From contig JADIIX010000091.1 of NCBI GenBank assembly GCA_027604505.1, positions 1 to 64,000 on the forward strand: a stretch of 64,000 nt of DNA, given 5' to 3'. The notes beneath the pieces are model-generated. The model saw only the letters and a program-made list of their open reading frames with translations, had not been told where the DNA came from and did not search any database. The DNA is from Gonapodya sp. JEL0774. Its lineage: Eukaryota. This document shows, piece by piece, positions 39,026-51,995 of the stretch. Made by a program: the position numbers and the translations under genes. Position 1 is the first letter of the stretch. Each line of letters starts with the position of its first letter.

Positions 39026-40185
39026 TTATGTATCTCTACTTGATAGACGTGCTCTGTTCCTTTTGGGTGCCATTGCTTGCCCTCCACACCGCTGCAAGAA
39101 CCCGATGACCCAGTCCTCCACCATGCTCAGACACGGCCCGTCGAGGTATTTGTTGAGGGAGGGTTGGTCGGGTACGATGGACGACGCCGTGTCCGCGCCG
39201 GAGCCAGCACCACGCGCGCCTGTAGTGGAGGTGGAGGGAGAGGAAGGGGGTGTGAGGACCCTGTCGCACGTCCAGTGCAATGGGCGGAAAGCGAGCAACT
39301 GGGCGTGGAGGAGTCGATGAGGGAAGTTGGTGAGGTGGGGGTGCGGTGTGGGGTCGGACTGGGGTTATTGAGGGATTGAGGGAGGTGCAAGGACAGAGAG
39401 GTGAACAGGGTGTGATTAGCAGTCGTGTCTGGGTACAGACCCTCCCCGCGCCCCCGCCCCCTCCCCCGACCCCCTTGTCCCACCACCCTTGCCGCCACGA
39501 CCCACACCAATCCCGTTCCAGCACGTAATCCGTCCCACTTCCGCTCTGTATTCTTCCCGTCGATTTCTGCCCACATGGCACGAAGGAGGTCCTTGTAGTG
39601 GAAAAAGAGCAGGCCGCAGTGGTGGTGGTGGGAGTGGTGGAGGTGGAGGTCGTTATCGGGCGCGGGGTCGTGGTCGGAGTCAGAGTGTCACAGGGACTAC
39701 AGGGAACCGCAGAGAGTTTCCGTCACGGTGACGAACATGGCCCTCCACCAGATATCCTCTTGCGTGGCTTGTTTGAGCATGGGGAGAAAGCCAAGGGCTG
39801 CGGGGGGGGGAGCGTTGTGGGAGGTGGGCAAGGAGAGGAGGAGGGAGTGGGAGTGGGAGGTGTGGAGGGAGAGGGTGGGGGGGGGGAGCGGGGGGGAGAG
39901 GTGGAGGTGTTGGGAGGGGAGAGAGTGGTGGGGTTCGAGACGGAGGAGATGTGGGAGAGGATGTGGTGGGGGAAGGAGAAGGACGTTGGTGTGGGTGCGG
40001 TTGTGGTGGAGAATGCCGATGTGCGGGTGTTGGTTGTGTTTGCAGGGAACAGTCCGAGCACCTTGACCGCAAACATGCGGAGCGTGTGTCGCACCTGGGT
40101 TCCCCACAAACTCTGCCCCGTATGCACCCATGACTACCAACTCGACACACTCCAAGGCGTCTGCTCTTTCTGCGTGCCAGAGCAA
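39026..40185 (-). pseudogene. Fragmented coding-like region in a G/C homopolymer-rich tract, possibly a degenerate F-box gene
   Basis: Protein-like fragments lie in different frames (LLLP/HHILSHI..PTTL, QEDIWWRAMF, LLAFRPLHW..VEDWVIGFL). Confidence 0.25.
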
Positions 40186-41209
40186 ACAAGGCCATGTCTG
40201 TCAATGACCGGTCTTTCCCGAATCTGGACGGGTTTTGATGGCTGCGTGAATGAGTTGAGCGGAGAGAAGGACCGGGCGCAGATAGGGGAAGCAGTCACTG
40301 CGCCACTTGGGCGGTGGGGGATGCGAATCAACGGCGGAAGCCATCCAGGCGGAGAGTGCGCAAAGGTGAAGACCTGGCAGTTGTGACCGTGGTAAATCAC
40401 AAAGCGAAGACAATGCACAGGCCATCTGCGCCATCTCCCCCAACTCGACATCGCGATTCTGCAAACGCCCGAATAAAAACACAGAGGTTTCTCAACCTCT
40501 GCACCGCTCGGCATCTCCGGTACATGCAAGCGTTTGGTGCCCGTCCCGGTCACGTTAAAAATGTAGCTAGGTTGACCTCTTCCCGCTTTACGACCTTCGA
40601 CGCTCCGCGATGCTCATTCTTCAAACGCCCAAACAGAAACACAGAGGTGGAATGTCGACCACGAAGACACCAGATCTGACAGAGAAAGAGAAAGTGGATA
40701 GTCTCGAGCTGGGGCACGTTCAGAATGGTATTGAACAACTCACCGCCGAGTGCCGCTCAAAGCCAAATACGAGTAGTGTATCTCAGAAATTATACATGTA
40801 AGCCTTCCTGAAAAACATGGTGGCGGCTACTCACTGCGGATGCACCACCCACGAGCATTCCACATATGTGGTACCTATGCCAAATTTGGGCCAATTTATT
40901 GAGTCGCTCGTGCAATTGATACCGCACTACCGGAAATAAGAGAACCCACAGAGTTACTTTTTCTGGAGTATGTCTGAAAGGCGTCATTGAATCAATTGTT
41001 GGGAGACCAACCCACCTACTTGAAACGTTCTGCTCTTCTGAGGCAAGTCAAATCGCGACTGCTCTGACGATCGCTGTTTAACGCTTTTGAAGTGATGTTT
41101 TCCCTTTCTATCCTGTCCAGGAGTCACATACTACCATATATTCGGTCGACGGTTCATTGGGTGCCGACACGTGGCTGTATGAAACAGGAAGACAACACAG
41201 AGCAAAGCA

Positions 41210-43997
41210 ATGAGTTGCTTACGCCCTCACACTCGAGCAGTATCGGCGTTTCTTCAAGATCGCCCGGTTACCTCTGCCGATTCCCAGCGTAAGCGTCAGT
41301 CCGAGGATGACCTCTCTGTGCCCCTGGCTTCGAGGAAGTTTGCAAAGCCACTGACAAGTAAGACGACAGAATTTAAATATCGATTTAGTCTTTATTTGCC
41401 CACTCACGTATTCCCGTGTTTCTTTGCGCTATTGTGGAGTTCGTGCAACACCGATGTGCGTCGTCGGTGCATATGGTCATCGCAGAATCGCTCAGATTAA
41501 TAGACGGATTTTGAGAACGCCGGAGATGGTGGTGAGTTTTTTCAGAGCAGTGAGTAGAGGAAAACCATTGATTGCGCGCCTTTTGGCCAAGAACAAACAA
41601 GGGAAAACGTCGTCGACAACAGGATTGTCGAGACTCCGCCTTCGTCCCCATATGAAGAAACCGGAATGGTACTCTGCGTCAAAGTACTGCATGCTGCCGA
41701 TCTCTGTGTCAAACCCAAAAGGGCGTCGAGTGTCCAGCCGAAAGGTCAAGAATGATGATGTCAAGGTGAATCCTCTTAAAGTTTCACTGCTTTTACAGTT
41801 GTCACCATGTCGACACAGCATTCGACACAGGATTCCTCCGAAGAACAGACACCAGAATGCGAGATACTCGACAGCGAGCCATCTTCGCCAATGGATACCG
41901 ACCTGTCACCGAATTCTACGCCGCTGTGTACTCGAATCGCTATGATTGAAAGCGGATCGCACTTGGAGTTAGAGCAAGCTCCGCTCAGCTCGAAGGAGGA
42001 CTTGTCTTTTACAGGACAGGAGGCTAACCAAGCGCTTAGTGGCGACTCTCACATATTCCAGAATGTGATTCGGTGCATGATGTGTCACCCAACTCCACCA
42101 GTTCCCCCTTCTTCCGCAAATCTGGCCGATGTCCTGGAACCAGTGGTTTCCAGTTGCGTGGTGACGATCAACGTGAGTATGTCACCCTTCTACATCGGCT
42201 AGCTCTGTATCACGAAACAAAGTTGATCAAATGGGTTTGTTTTCTATTCCTCGGGCTCTGAAAAGTGGGACGTCGAGAGTATGATCGAAGTTGCGACATG
42301 GTTACAAACAAAATTCAAGGAATGGCATCTCAAGCTCATGTTTCAAACACCCGACTTTCTTGCACGGGTACTAACCGACTCAGGAGCTTTTGGAATGGTC
42401 GGATTGGACCCTGTGAGTGCGGCGTGTACGGCAGTTTGGTTTTCATTAATGACGATTCGGACGTTGCAGCTTCTTGCATCGCGCCAGTTCCTTCAAGGCT
42501 TGCGCGAACTCACTAACAGCTCTCATGTCTTGAGCCCGAGTGTGGGACAGGTGGTTACTTTCGCCCAAGAGATCCAGTGCTTGGGTGAAGTCGATTGGAC
42601 CATTACCAAGTCGATTCGAGTGGTCAAAATCTACCTGCAACCTAAGACTGTCCAACAGGTAGAGAAAATGATGAACAAGATGTGTGTCGTTGCGGGAAGT
42701 GGTGTTCCTTCGCGAAGTACTGAGTAAGTGGTGGATAGGACCCATTTGTGACGAGAAGAGTGCGAGACTCATCCCATGCAAACTAATCCAGCTACATTGT
42801 ACAAGTGGGACAAACCATCGATCTCTCTACGATTGAAGGCGATGGCATTTGCCCTTACGTTCCCAAAGACACCTTCGTGCGCTTCATTTGCTCTGATCCT
42901 GCTCGTGATGGGGGTCTTGTGCGGGCCGAGTTCATTTGTTCGGAGAAAAGTACTGTGATCGGCTCGGTTATGTATGGGCTCTTCTCCGAGCAACAGTTAA
43001 ACGCGTGAGTACAGACATGTCTAAGCAGTTGTCGGTGGTTTCTGAAGAGTATCATCGTGGCTATACTGTGGTTACTAAACGAAAAGATATTTGCCGATCG
43101 CTGTAATGACGTGTCAAGATCGCAGCCAAAGAAATCTCAAACGTGGGCCAAAGAAACGATCACCACGTGAGGCATTCATGGGTGCTGTTGGACCCCACAA
43201 GGTAGAGGATGAGTCCAGCACCGAAGCAAGAGAGTTCGCACACTAATTTTCTGCATTAAAACAAGGAATGGCGCAATCCGACTCAGAATCGAAGTTACGC
43301 TTTGAATTCAAGCTTGAACGAGGAAGCAAGGAAGTTCTCGGATGATGTTTCCATTAAACTCGGGGCTGTTCTTTACCGGGGATTGGCGGCAACCGCTTTT
43401 CCAACTGAAGTCATTGCAGGCCACGAGGCGCACAGTATTGCGGCACATATTTCAGAAGATAACATGGTTAGTGAGAGATGTTGTTGTTCAAACGGCAACG
43501 GGAGTCATTCTTGCACTTGTATTACCACCGGCAGGTTGGCCCTCTATTCTTCACCCGCAATTACCAAGCCGTAATGCACGTCGATCAAAACGACCATTGC
43601 CCGTTCTCCTTTGGGTACGATTCGATCCTGCTTTTATTAAAAAGGCCCTTTCGTCCTCATACAAAGAACTTCACTACATTAGCTTCGGGATTGATCAAGA
43701 TGAAGACCGCACTCACATCCGAGGCGGCGACTTCATTTTCGGATCCCACGGGGCACTAATCGAAATGAGAAACAACATGGCCTGGTCCTGGAAGGCACAG
43801 ATGCTGGCCCACTGCACCGCCAGGTTGACAAGCGACATGGGATTCCCGAGGTACGAGTAGAAACAGCTTTCAATGTTCCAGCGTGCCACCTTGACATGCA
43901 GATTTTATGTTCGCGTTTCGCTGAAACAAGGTATACATCGGCTTTTGCGATGAACAAATTCACAGCGAGGAATGAGATCAGGGATGCCATCATTTAA
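41210..43997 (+). CDS. TET/JBP-like 2OG-Fe(II) dioxygenase (fungal Tet-like); 5' end uncertain
   Basis: Spliced C-terminus: AFMGAVGPHK..SY..VGPLFFTRNYQAVMHVDQNDHCPFSFGFG..IRGGDFIFGSHGALIEMRNNMAWSWKAQMLAHCTA..FPRYTSAFAMN. HxD at 43577-43585, second His at 43810, Arg spanning intron 43851-43930. Confidence 0.75.
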
Positions 43998-44483
43998 ACA
44001 ACAGCTTGACTTCTATGTAGCATTTAGTTTTCCTTTTCTCCCCGAAACTTGATTGAAAAAGCACGATGCAAAAATGACGTCTTTGCATCCATGACCTGAA
44101 TGAACAGCGCTGAACTGATCATAACGGCAGTTGGATTTGAGACCCCATTGTTCAAGAGTCGAGGTGTGGGGTGGGCTCTTGTCTCACACCATCTAATCGC
44201 CCCAAGAATTCCCTTCATATTGATGTATTTGATAGTGTTAGAGCTCGTGGCTTGGGAACACTCCTCTTAAAATTAGTCCTCCCGGTACATTGGAATACGA
44301 AGAGATCATAATCATAATTATAAACCACTCTGAGCGACGATTCCGTGGAATAATACAGGCAAATTGGCGAAAATTTGCAATTATGTAAACTATGAGCCAG
44401 CATCGATACAAGGTATGCATTGATCACGCTGTGTGTACATGTGCAAAATCCGAATCCTCGCGCTCATCTAAAATTTCTTTCGC

Positions 44484-47400
44484 TCATCTTCCAAGCATAC
44501 TTCCATTATTCATGCTCGACCTCCCGAACACCGAGCTTAAATCCGCCGGTTGTCTTCCAAACACACTTGAGCCAAACACACTACCCGCAAAATTAGTAGC
44601 AGCGCCCGGACCCGTCCCGGCTCGAGATGCGATATCCCACGCGGATGTCCCACCAGCGTTGGCATTTGGCTGCTCACTTCGCTCGCGATTTCTCTGCATG
44701 TCAGCAACGTGTCTCTCGGCGTGCTCCCGTCGCCGATTGATCTCAGAGAGCTGGGCTGTCAGTGTCGCCGTCGCACTGTCGATCCAGATGAGCGAGGACA
44801 AGTGCGCGTTGAGGATCGAAGCCACTTTGTGCAGCTGGAAATTTGGACCATTTATGTCAATAATGTTCAACAGACGAGAACAGCGCAGGTCACAACTCGC
44901 AGAAGGGAAAACAACGAACACTCACCCCATCACCTTCCTCCTCCTCTCCCTGCCTCGCCATATTGACGTCTTCGACAAGCGTCGACAGAGTTCCTGCCAT
45001 CCCGTTGAGTTGGAGATCTAGTTGCTCAGCAAGGGCGAACGCTCGGTCACGGTCAGTTGGGTCTGCGTTTGTGATGGGCCTGTTCAAGCATAGGGCAGTC
45101 CGAACGACAATTGAATGATTTGATAAAGCAGGAACGCATGTCGTTGAAGTCACGAGAAGGAGTGCCATAAAAATGAAACGGAGGTGCACACGCGCAACCA
45201 ATCTCAAGATTCCGCACAATCTAACGCACCTCTTCCCAAATTCGCCCACGTTGCCTCCCTCAATTTGCGTGAGTCTCTGCTCGTACACATCCAGAACCGC
45301 CGAAAGTTCCTCCTGCTGACCTTGAACATACTCCAGCTTTTGATCGATCTGATGTTGGAGCTGTTGCAGCTGTATCACGGTGCTGGTGAGATTGGTAATC
45401 TGGACCCATCAAGCATTGGACAAGGTGTACGAAAGGAAGGGGGTTTAGGAGAGTTCAATGAATGAACGGATTAGTTCGTAGCGGAGTCTGGACCGCAATC
45501 CCACAACAAAGCCGACCCACCTCAACCCCTGCCTTCAAAACCGACATATCCATCGCATGCACGTCCTTCGCCACCTCGTAGAACTTTCTCGTCAAATCGT
45601 CAAGCGACCTTTGCCACGAATTGGCAACATCTTCAAGAGTTGCCGTACGGGAAATGAGGGGAACATTGGTAAGAGCAGAAGTGGTGCCAGTGGTGGCAGT
45701 GATGGGAGCAGAAGCGGTGGAAGCGGTGCCAGTGGTGGTATTTGTAGTTGGAGGCTTAGAGGGCGTGCCGGCTGCGGTTGGTATTCGATTGAAACGAACC
45801 AACTCAGCTCAATATATCACACTATTGTGGTCTCTTCACAGCACTTCACCCCAAACACTCACCTATACCCAGGTCCGCCGCTTTCAATGGCCCGGGTGTC
45901 GCGGCACCTGCGCTTGGACCTCCCCCAAAGAACCCCGATGATGAAGGCGTTGCTGGTGCGACGCTGGTGGCAGGTGGCTGCCCAAACAATCCTGATGTCA
46001 GTGGTTTCGTTGAGGGTGCAACGGTGGAGGCAGTTGCGGATGATGCAGGAGCGGAAGCAGGTGCTGATGTCGGGGCTGTACTGGAAGTACCAAAGTTGAA
46101 TGGTGACCCGCTCGGGGCAGTTGTCGGAGCCGGTACTGCTGTTGTCGATTGAGCGGGGGCTGGAGTTGAAGTGCTAGATGACCCAGTTGTTGATGCTGTC
46201 CCCCCTAGTTTGAACGCGCCGAATCCTCCGGATCCAAATGACCCAAATCCTCCCTGAGACGGTGCTGTGGTGGAGGTCGTAGGCGGAGCGGTGGTCCCCG
46301 TGGCTGCCGGTTTCTGCTGGGTCTGTCCAAACAACCCGCCAGCAGGTGCAGGAGCTGCCCCTGTGGTGGTGGGTGGCGCTACTGCGGTGGCCCCCTGCTG
46401 TGACTGAGTGGTGAGACCACCAAAGCCCGCAAATCCACCACCACTACCTGCCGCACCAACCGCTGCTCCAAACAGTGGTTTAGAGGCTGCTGCTGTCGCT
46501 GAGGCAGTAGAAGCAGGTCCAGGCGCGCTGGTGTTTGTGGCAGTAGGAGGCGCAGGTGCACCAAAGCCCGCAAACCCTGTTCCCGTGGTCGGAGCGGCCG
46601 TAGTGGAGGGGGTTGCCGCAGGCTTCCCAAACAGCCCGCCTCCACCTGCTCCTCCTGCCTGCCCAAATAATCCTCCAGTCGCACCCGCACCCGGTGCTGA
46701 TGCCTGACCGAATAGTCCACCACCACCACTGGTCGTTGGTGCCGGCGCCGACGTTGCCGGAGTACCAGCACTCGTGCTTGCAGCGGCTCCAAACGTGAAT
46801 CCAGAGGGCGGGGCACTCCCTGCGGTCACCCCCTGCTGTCCAAATGAGAATCCTCCACCCACCCCTAAAGCTGGCGCTGGAGCCGCGGAGGTCGCGGGTA
46901 CAGATGTACCAGGAGCAGGTGCAGCTGCGGGCTGTTGGCCAAACGCTGGGAAACCACCAGTGAACGCACCACCCGCCCCCACGGGAGCACTTGCAGCTGT
47001 CGTGGTCGGTTGAGCGGGTTTACCGAAACCTCCTCCGGCACCAAAGAGACCGAATCCAGTCGGTGCTGCGGCAGATACTGAGGTTGGTGTTGCAGCGGCA
47101 GTGGAGGCGGAAGATTGGCCAAACAGAGCACCACCAGTTGCTCCCGATGTAGAAGGTTGGCTAAACAGTCCACCTCCCGTTGCAGGTGCCGTAGTCGTGG
47201 CGGGCTGACCAAAAAGAGCGCCGCCCAACGCAGGTGCTGTGGTGTTGCTTGGCTGGCCAAAGAGGCCTGAGGTGGGTGGTTGTGTAGCTGCAGGTACTCC
47301 AAAGAGTCCCGTGCCAGGACCGGTCGGAGTACCAAACGAGAATACGCCAGTAGATGGTGCTGAGGTGGTAGTTGCAGGTTGTGCTGTTGCGCCGAACAAG

Positions 47401-47921
47401 CCGAATGCTGGGGCGGCCGTGGTTGTGGCGTTGCCGGTGCCAGCTGACGCAGGTGGCCGAGCAGCCACGCCGAATCCACTGAATCCAACACTGAATGTGG
47501 GCACCGAGGGAGCCGTGGAAGCAGTGGACGCCGCGGCAGGTGCACCAAAACTCGAGAAGCCCCCGGTAGAGGAAGCTCCAAAAGGGGACGCCGAGGCAGG
47601 TGGAGCGCCGGGTGCGGGAGTTGCACCAAAGGAGAAGGATGCGGAGGGTGCGGATGGAGTAGCCTGGGAAGCTGCAGCGCCGAAGCTGAATGTTGCTGCG
47701 CCTGTGGCTGGAGCACCAAAGAGGGGTGTCGGTTGACCGGCGGAAGCGGCAGGGAGTTGACCGAATGAAAATTGAGTAGAAGCGGGTTGGGAGGTTGCTG
47801 GAGGCTGTTGTGGTGCGCCGAAATTGAAGCCAGCTTCAGAGCGAGGTGCAACAAACGATCCTATGTAAGATTCCAGTTCACGTACGGAGGAGCCCATAAG
47901 GCCAAGGCTGGACTTACACAT
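44484..47921 (-). CDS. NSP1: FG nucleoporin Nsp1/Nup62
   Basis: ATG T|CT GGC gives MSGFNFG, followed by a long FxFG/GLFG-type region and the Nsp1_C coiled coil (LEDVANSW..F..VAKDV..MD; ILNAHLSSLIWID). Confidence 0.93.
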
Positions 47922-50900
47922 GCTTGTTTGTGTTGGCAGAAAGAGAAAACCGGAAATTATATTCGAGAGCGGGGTCAAGAGGCAATACCAGATATCAGCT
48001 CTCTAGGATCTAGAACCACGAACACAATCGTGACAAACCAAGTCAATCTGAAGATTTCTAGCACGAACACGAACTACGTGCGACATTCAAATTCATTGAT
48101 GACTGCAGTCACGACTCGCACATCTGAAGAGTCCAGTACACCGGAACTGAACTCGAACTGCTCGCTTCCACGCTGCTTACCACTCCAAGTATCAACTCTC
48201 TAGCCGAAAAGGAGCTTCCTCGCCCACATTCCACACAACAGACTTGACTACTTCACGTGTCCGCGTCCCCGCGGTCCAATCACACAGTAAGATTCCTGTT
48301 CCAGCAATCCTCTAGTTTCTGCTGCCCATTTTCGAGCTTTCGTACGCACCTTGAGCAAATTTTCGTCGAATCTTTCCACTCGCTGGTTAAAAAGTGCACG
48401 CAACCGGTTCAATCAAAATCCAAGAACTCGATTTGAGTCACTTCCCAAGTACCAAGAGTGCACCGCACTCCTGCTCTTCTCGGTGTTTTATTTACTAACA
48501 CATTTTGTACGATAATTCATTCCTTCCACGATATCGTTCTCTCTTTCGCTTCAATAACAAACCGGAACTACATGCGGGCCCCTTTTGTCCAGGGTTTCTT
48601 CGAACCAACGGCAGGGAAATAAGAAAATGGGAGGTGATGCCGCACAGGTGCCAGCGGCCAGTAACTCAAGTCAAGGACATGTATATGTGCCACTTCGCAT
48701 GGAGGAGGTGCTGGAACTAGATCAGAGGGACACTTGTAGTGGGAGTGTAAGGACTGTGAAAGAACTTGGGAAAGGTATTTCGGGCTGCCCACGACTGATC
48801 ATTCCTCAGATACACAGAAACGGAGGTACCACTTATGTGCATCAGATTATCCCGCGCTTTCTCCGCCACCGTACCTAGAACATGTCAGGTGAGCTGCTGC
48901 TTCCATGGATGGGAAGTAGATGCGCGACTCACTAAGCGCTTCAACTTTATTGCTTTGCTCAACAATTGAGTCTGCCTCTGGGTTTTGTACGATGCCGTCC
49001 TTTCGCTTGAGCTTGGTGAATTGCCGGTTTGCCCGGTTGGTGGGTCAGGATCTGGTGGTAATCCCGTAGAAAAAGCGGCTTGTGGGCCGCATCACCCTGC
49101 TTGTCCGGATATGGTGGTATTGGTATAAGCTTCTAGGAGTGACCGAAGCATGAGAGACCTGTTCGAATTAGCGTCAGATATATCACAGTCGCAAATGGGG
49201 TGACAGGGAATGCCCACGATCGCCACCTGCGAATGGAAATCATTGCACCGAATTGGCACTTACTTTGGGGGGAACACTCAGGGATACAAAGTTTGAAAGT
49301 GTTGGTGGGGTTGGGGAATTCATCAGAAAAGGGTCAGCATCGAGCTGAGCTTGCGAGCATGGCCAGCGTCCAGCCGCAGGTAAATCCGATTACAAGCAGT
49401 CGTCATGTGTACAGGCATGCTGCAACTCACCTGGTGATGCTATCACATTTCTCAGTACTTGATGGTAAATTCCGATGAGTCGCTGCAAATCAAATTGACC
49501 CCATCTGTCACTGTTTGCACTGGGCTATGTTCTCCCCAGTGGTGAAAACAAAAATCTAGCGAGCTCCAGTCAAGAGAAGGAGAAGCTACCGTCAGACGAT
49601 GTAAATGTCACACAGGAATTCTCATTTTCCGTGGACCTTGGAGAGGGTAGAAGAGGGTTCGAAGATGTTCAACACAGGTGGTAACGAGAGACAACCGCTA
49701 TCTTTTTTGCCGAGCGAGTGTTTTGTTCTTTCCCAGATACCGTGTGTTGATTGTCAATGACGAAGTGAATGCAACAGATGAAAGTTGTGTTCAAGTCAGA
49801 ACGATTCGAAAAGAGGACGACAGTTCTGTTGCTACAGGTACCACTAAGTAGCTTCTCCCCGATAGGTGATATCAAACTTCTGCTTATCAGCCGAAGAATG
49901 CAATCTCTCCTCAGGCTTGCGAGGTGTTCATCGTGCCACAGCCCAGTCCAAATGAACCGGAAGCTGGAATGATGAAACTTACGCTGGCTCGACGCTTAAA
50001 AGTGCTTGTGTGCTCAAACACAGTTTGTAGCTCCATCCCGCAGGGGGGACAGAAAATTTGTGATGTGCCTTCGTTCGCCAAGTTGTGCTGGGGGATCCTT
50101 CATTACCCCAACCTTCGTTCAAACCGGCATCAGCACCAATCTGGGCGTGCCGCAATAGTTTTTGTCATGGCGTTCATGATTCCGTCCGCTGCAGGTTCAG
50201 TCTAGGAAATCCTCTTCGGCGAAATCGCATCAAATGGCCGATTCCGACTTGATTGAGCAGCGTAGCTGTGAATCCGCAGTAGTTGAGTTAACTCTAGTCG
50301 GGTTGTACGCGTCCGAACGACTCAATCAATCAGAATCGTCCGTGACATTCCGAGTCGGGTGATCGCTCTCCTCCAGAGTTTTTTCAATCATCCACTGGGA
50401 AATCTTGGAATCGCCCATGAAAGAAGAAGTACGGTTGTTTCTCATTTCGAAGAGATCGTGGCTCGACAACCGGGAGCGAACGTGTTTCCAGCCATTGAAA
50501 TGCAATGATTTGAGATTTGCCCATTCCGGAGGTGGACTTGCACTTTCTAGACTCTTTGTTGAGAAGCGTGATTGGGTGCTCCCAATTCTGACAAAAGAGA
50601 CCACCGCTCCACTATGCCGATTTGAAAAGAAGCAGAGAAGAGAGGGAGCTCAAGCTTTATGGGCGCTCTGAAGACAAGGAAAGCCGCTGTTCAAAGAAGC
50701 GTGCAAGAGAGCACACAGACAATGAAAAGTTCGTTCTCAAATTTCTCGAAGTTTCTATCTCTATCGCTGCACATGCCCTCTCCATCTTCGTCCGGAATAT
50801 CATCTGGAAAGCGTTATGTGAGTATACATCTCTGATGTAGTCAGTCCGATATCTTTCTCTGGTGCTCATCCGAACTGACTTTTCACACATAAACACTCAT

Positions 50901-51995
50901 CGACACCATCGCAAAGAAACCTGTAACTCTGGATCTCAAAACGCGGAATGTCGACACTGTGATTTATGTGAATATTTGAAAAATGGGCGAGAGGACTAAG
51001 ACGTACAACGTCATGCGCTGTATTGAGTGCGGGATGAAGGAGGAGCGAGGACTGCCGGTCATGAGAGATCATGTGCCGGCACTCCACTCAGAGATTGTCG
51101 AGCAAATAAAAAGTGATTTTGAGGTAAGTCGTTCGAGTTCTCTGCTGTCTTCTCCAACCACTCTCTTTGTTGATACAGGTGTTACCTCCTGAACTAGGCA
51201 ACCCAAAGCCCACGCCGAACATCCCAAGATCCCCGCATCTCGCTTGTCCCGCCCCCTCCTGGACAATATCTGCGTGCCCGCCGTTCCTAGGGTATCGAAT
51301 GCTAACCCCTTCCCATCTCCAACTTTGTCACCTCTGAGGTAAGAATGTCGTTAGTTTTTTCCAACACTCTATATTGAGCTCTCGCCCATCCATTTCCAGG
51401 AATCTGAGCCCTGCCGAAGAGCGTTTCCGTGACCTGGCTTTGAAGCGAATGTCCGATCAGCAGCAGCAACTGCACGCAACCACGTGAAGAGTGCAAATCA
51501 TTCAATGCTGTTTGTGCTGTAGCTCATTGTTGGATCACTTCTTTGCCAGTACTCCGCCTCCACAATGCAGTGCACTTGAGCAACGTTTCCGGGCCATTGC
51601 TCTAAAACGTCAAAGTCAGATGGATGAAATTGCGTGAGCGCGGGTTGAATGTGGAAGCCTCTGTGTTCGTTCCACACAGTTGTCATTGAGAGAATGATTG
51701 GACGAGAATTATACAGACCCTGTGCATAAATGTTAATGGGAATCTTCAGCGATTTGAGGACTTCTTTGTCCAGACATTCGTTGCCGCCAACCCCTCCAGA
51801 ATCCTTCAACATGTCGCAAGCGTATCCAGTACTCGTTGTGATGAAGAGTCAGCTACTGAGATGTTTTGCGTCATTGCCATTACTTAGCTTGGGTGAAGGA
51901 AATAGTTCATTTTCGGTGAGACCTGCATTTGTGCAGTGTCATCATCGGAACCGGGCTCAACCATCCGATTCAACAGACACACTCGACTGAAAACG

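Noticed and set aside
48500..51900. Possible KDZ transposase or other gene in the gap between NSP1 and ECH1
   Set aside because: Only short ORFs and one weak C2H2-like fragment (CIECG..DHVPALH near 51.0 kb); no CxC or transposase motifs that I can support.
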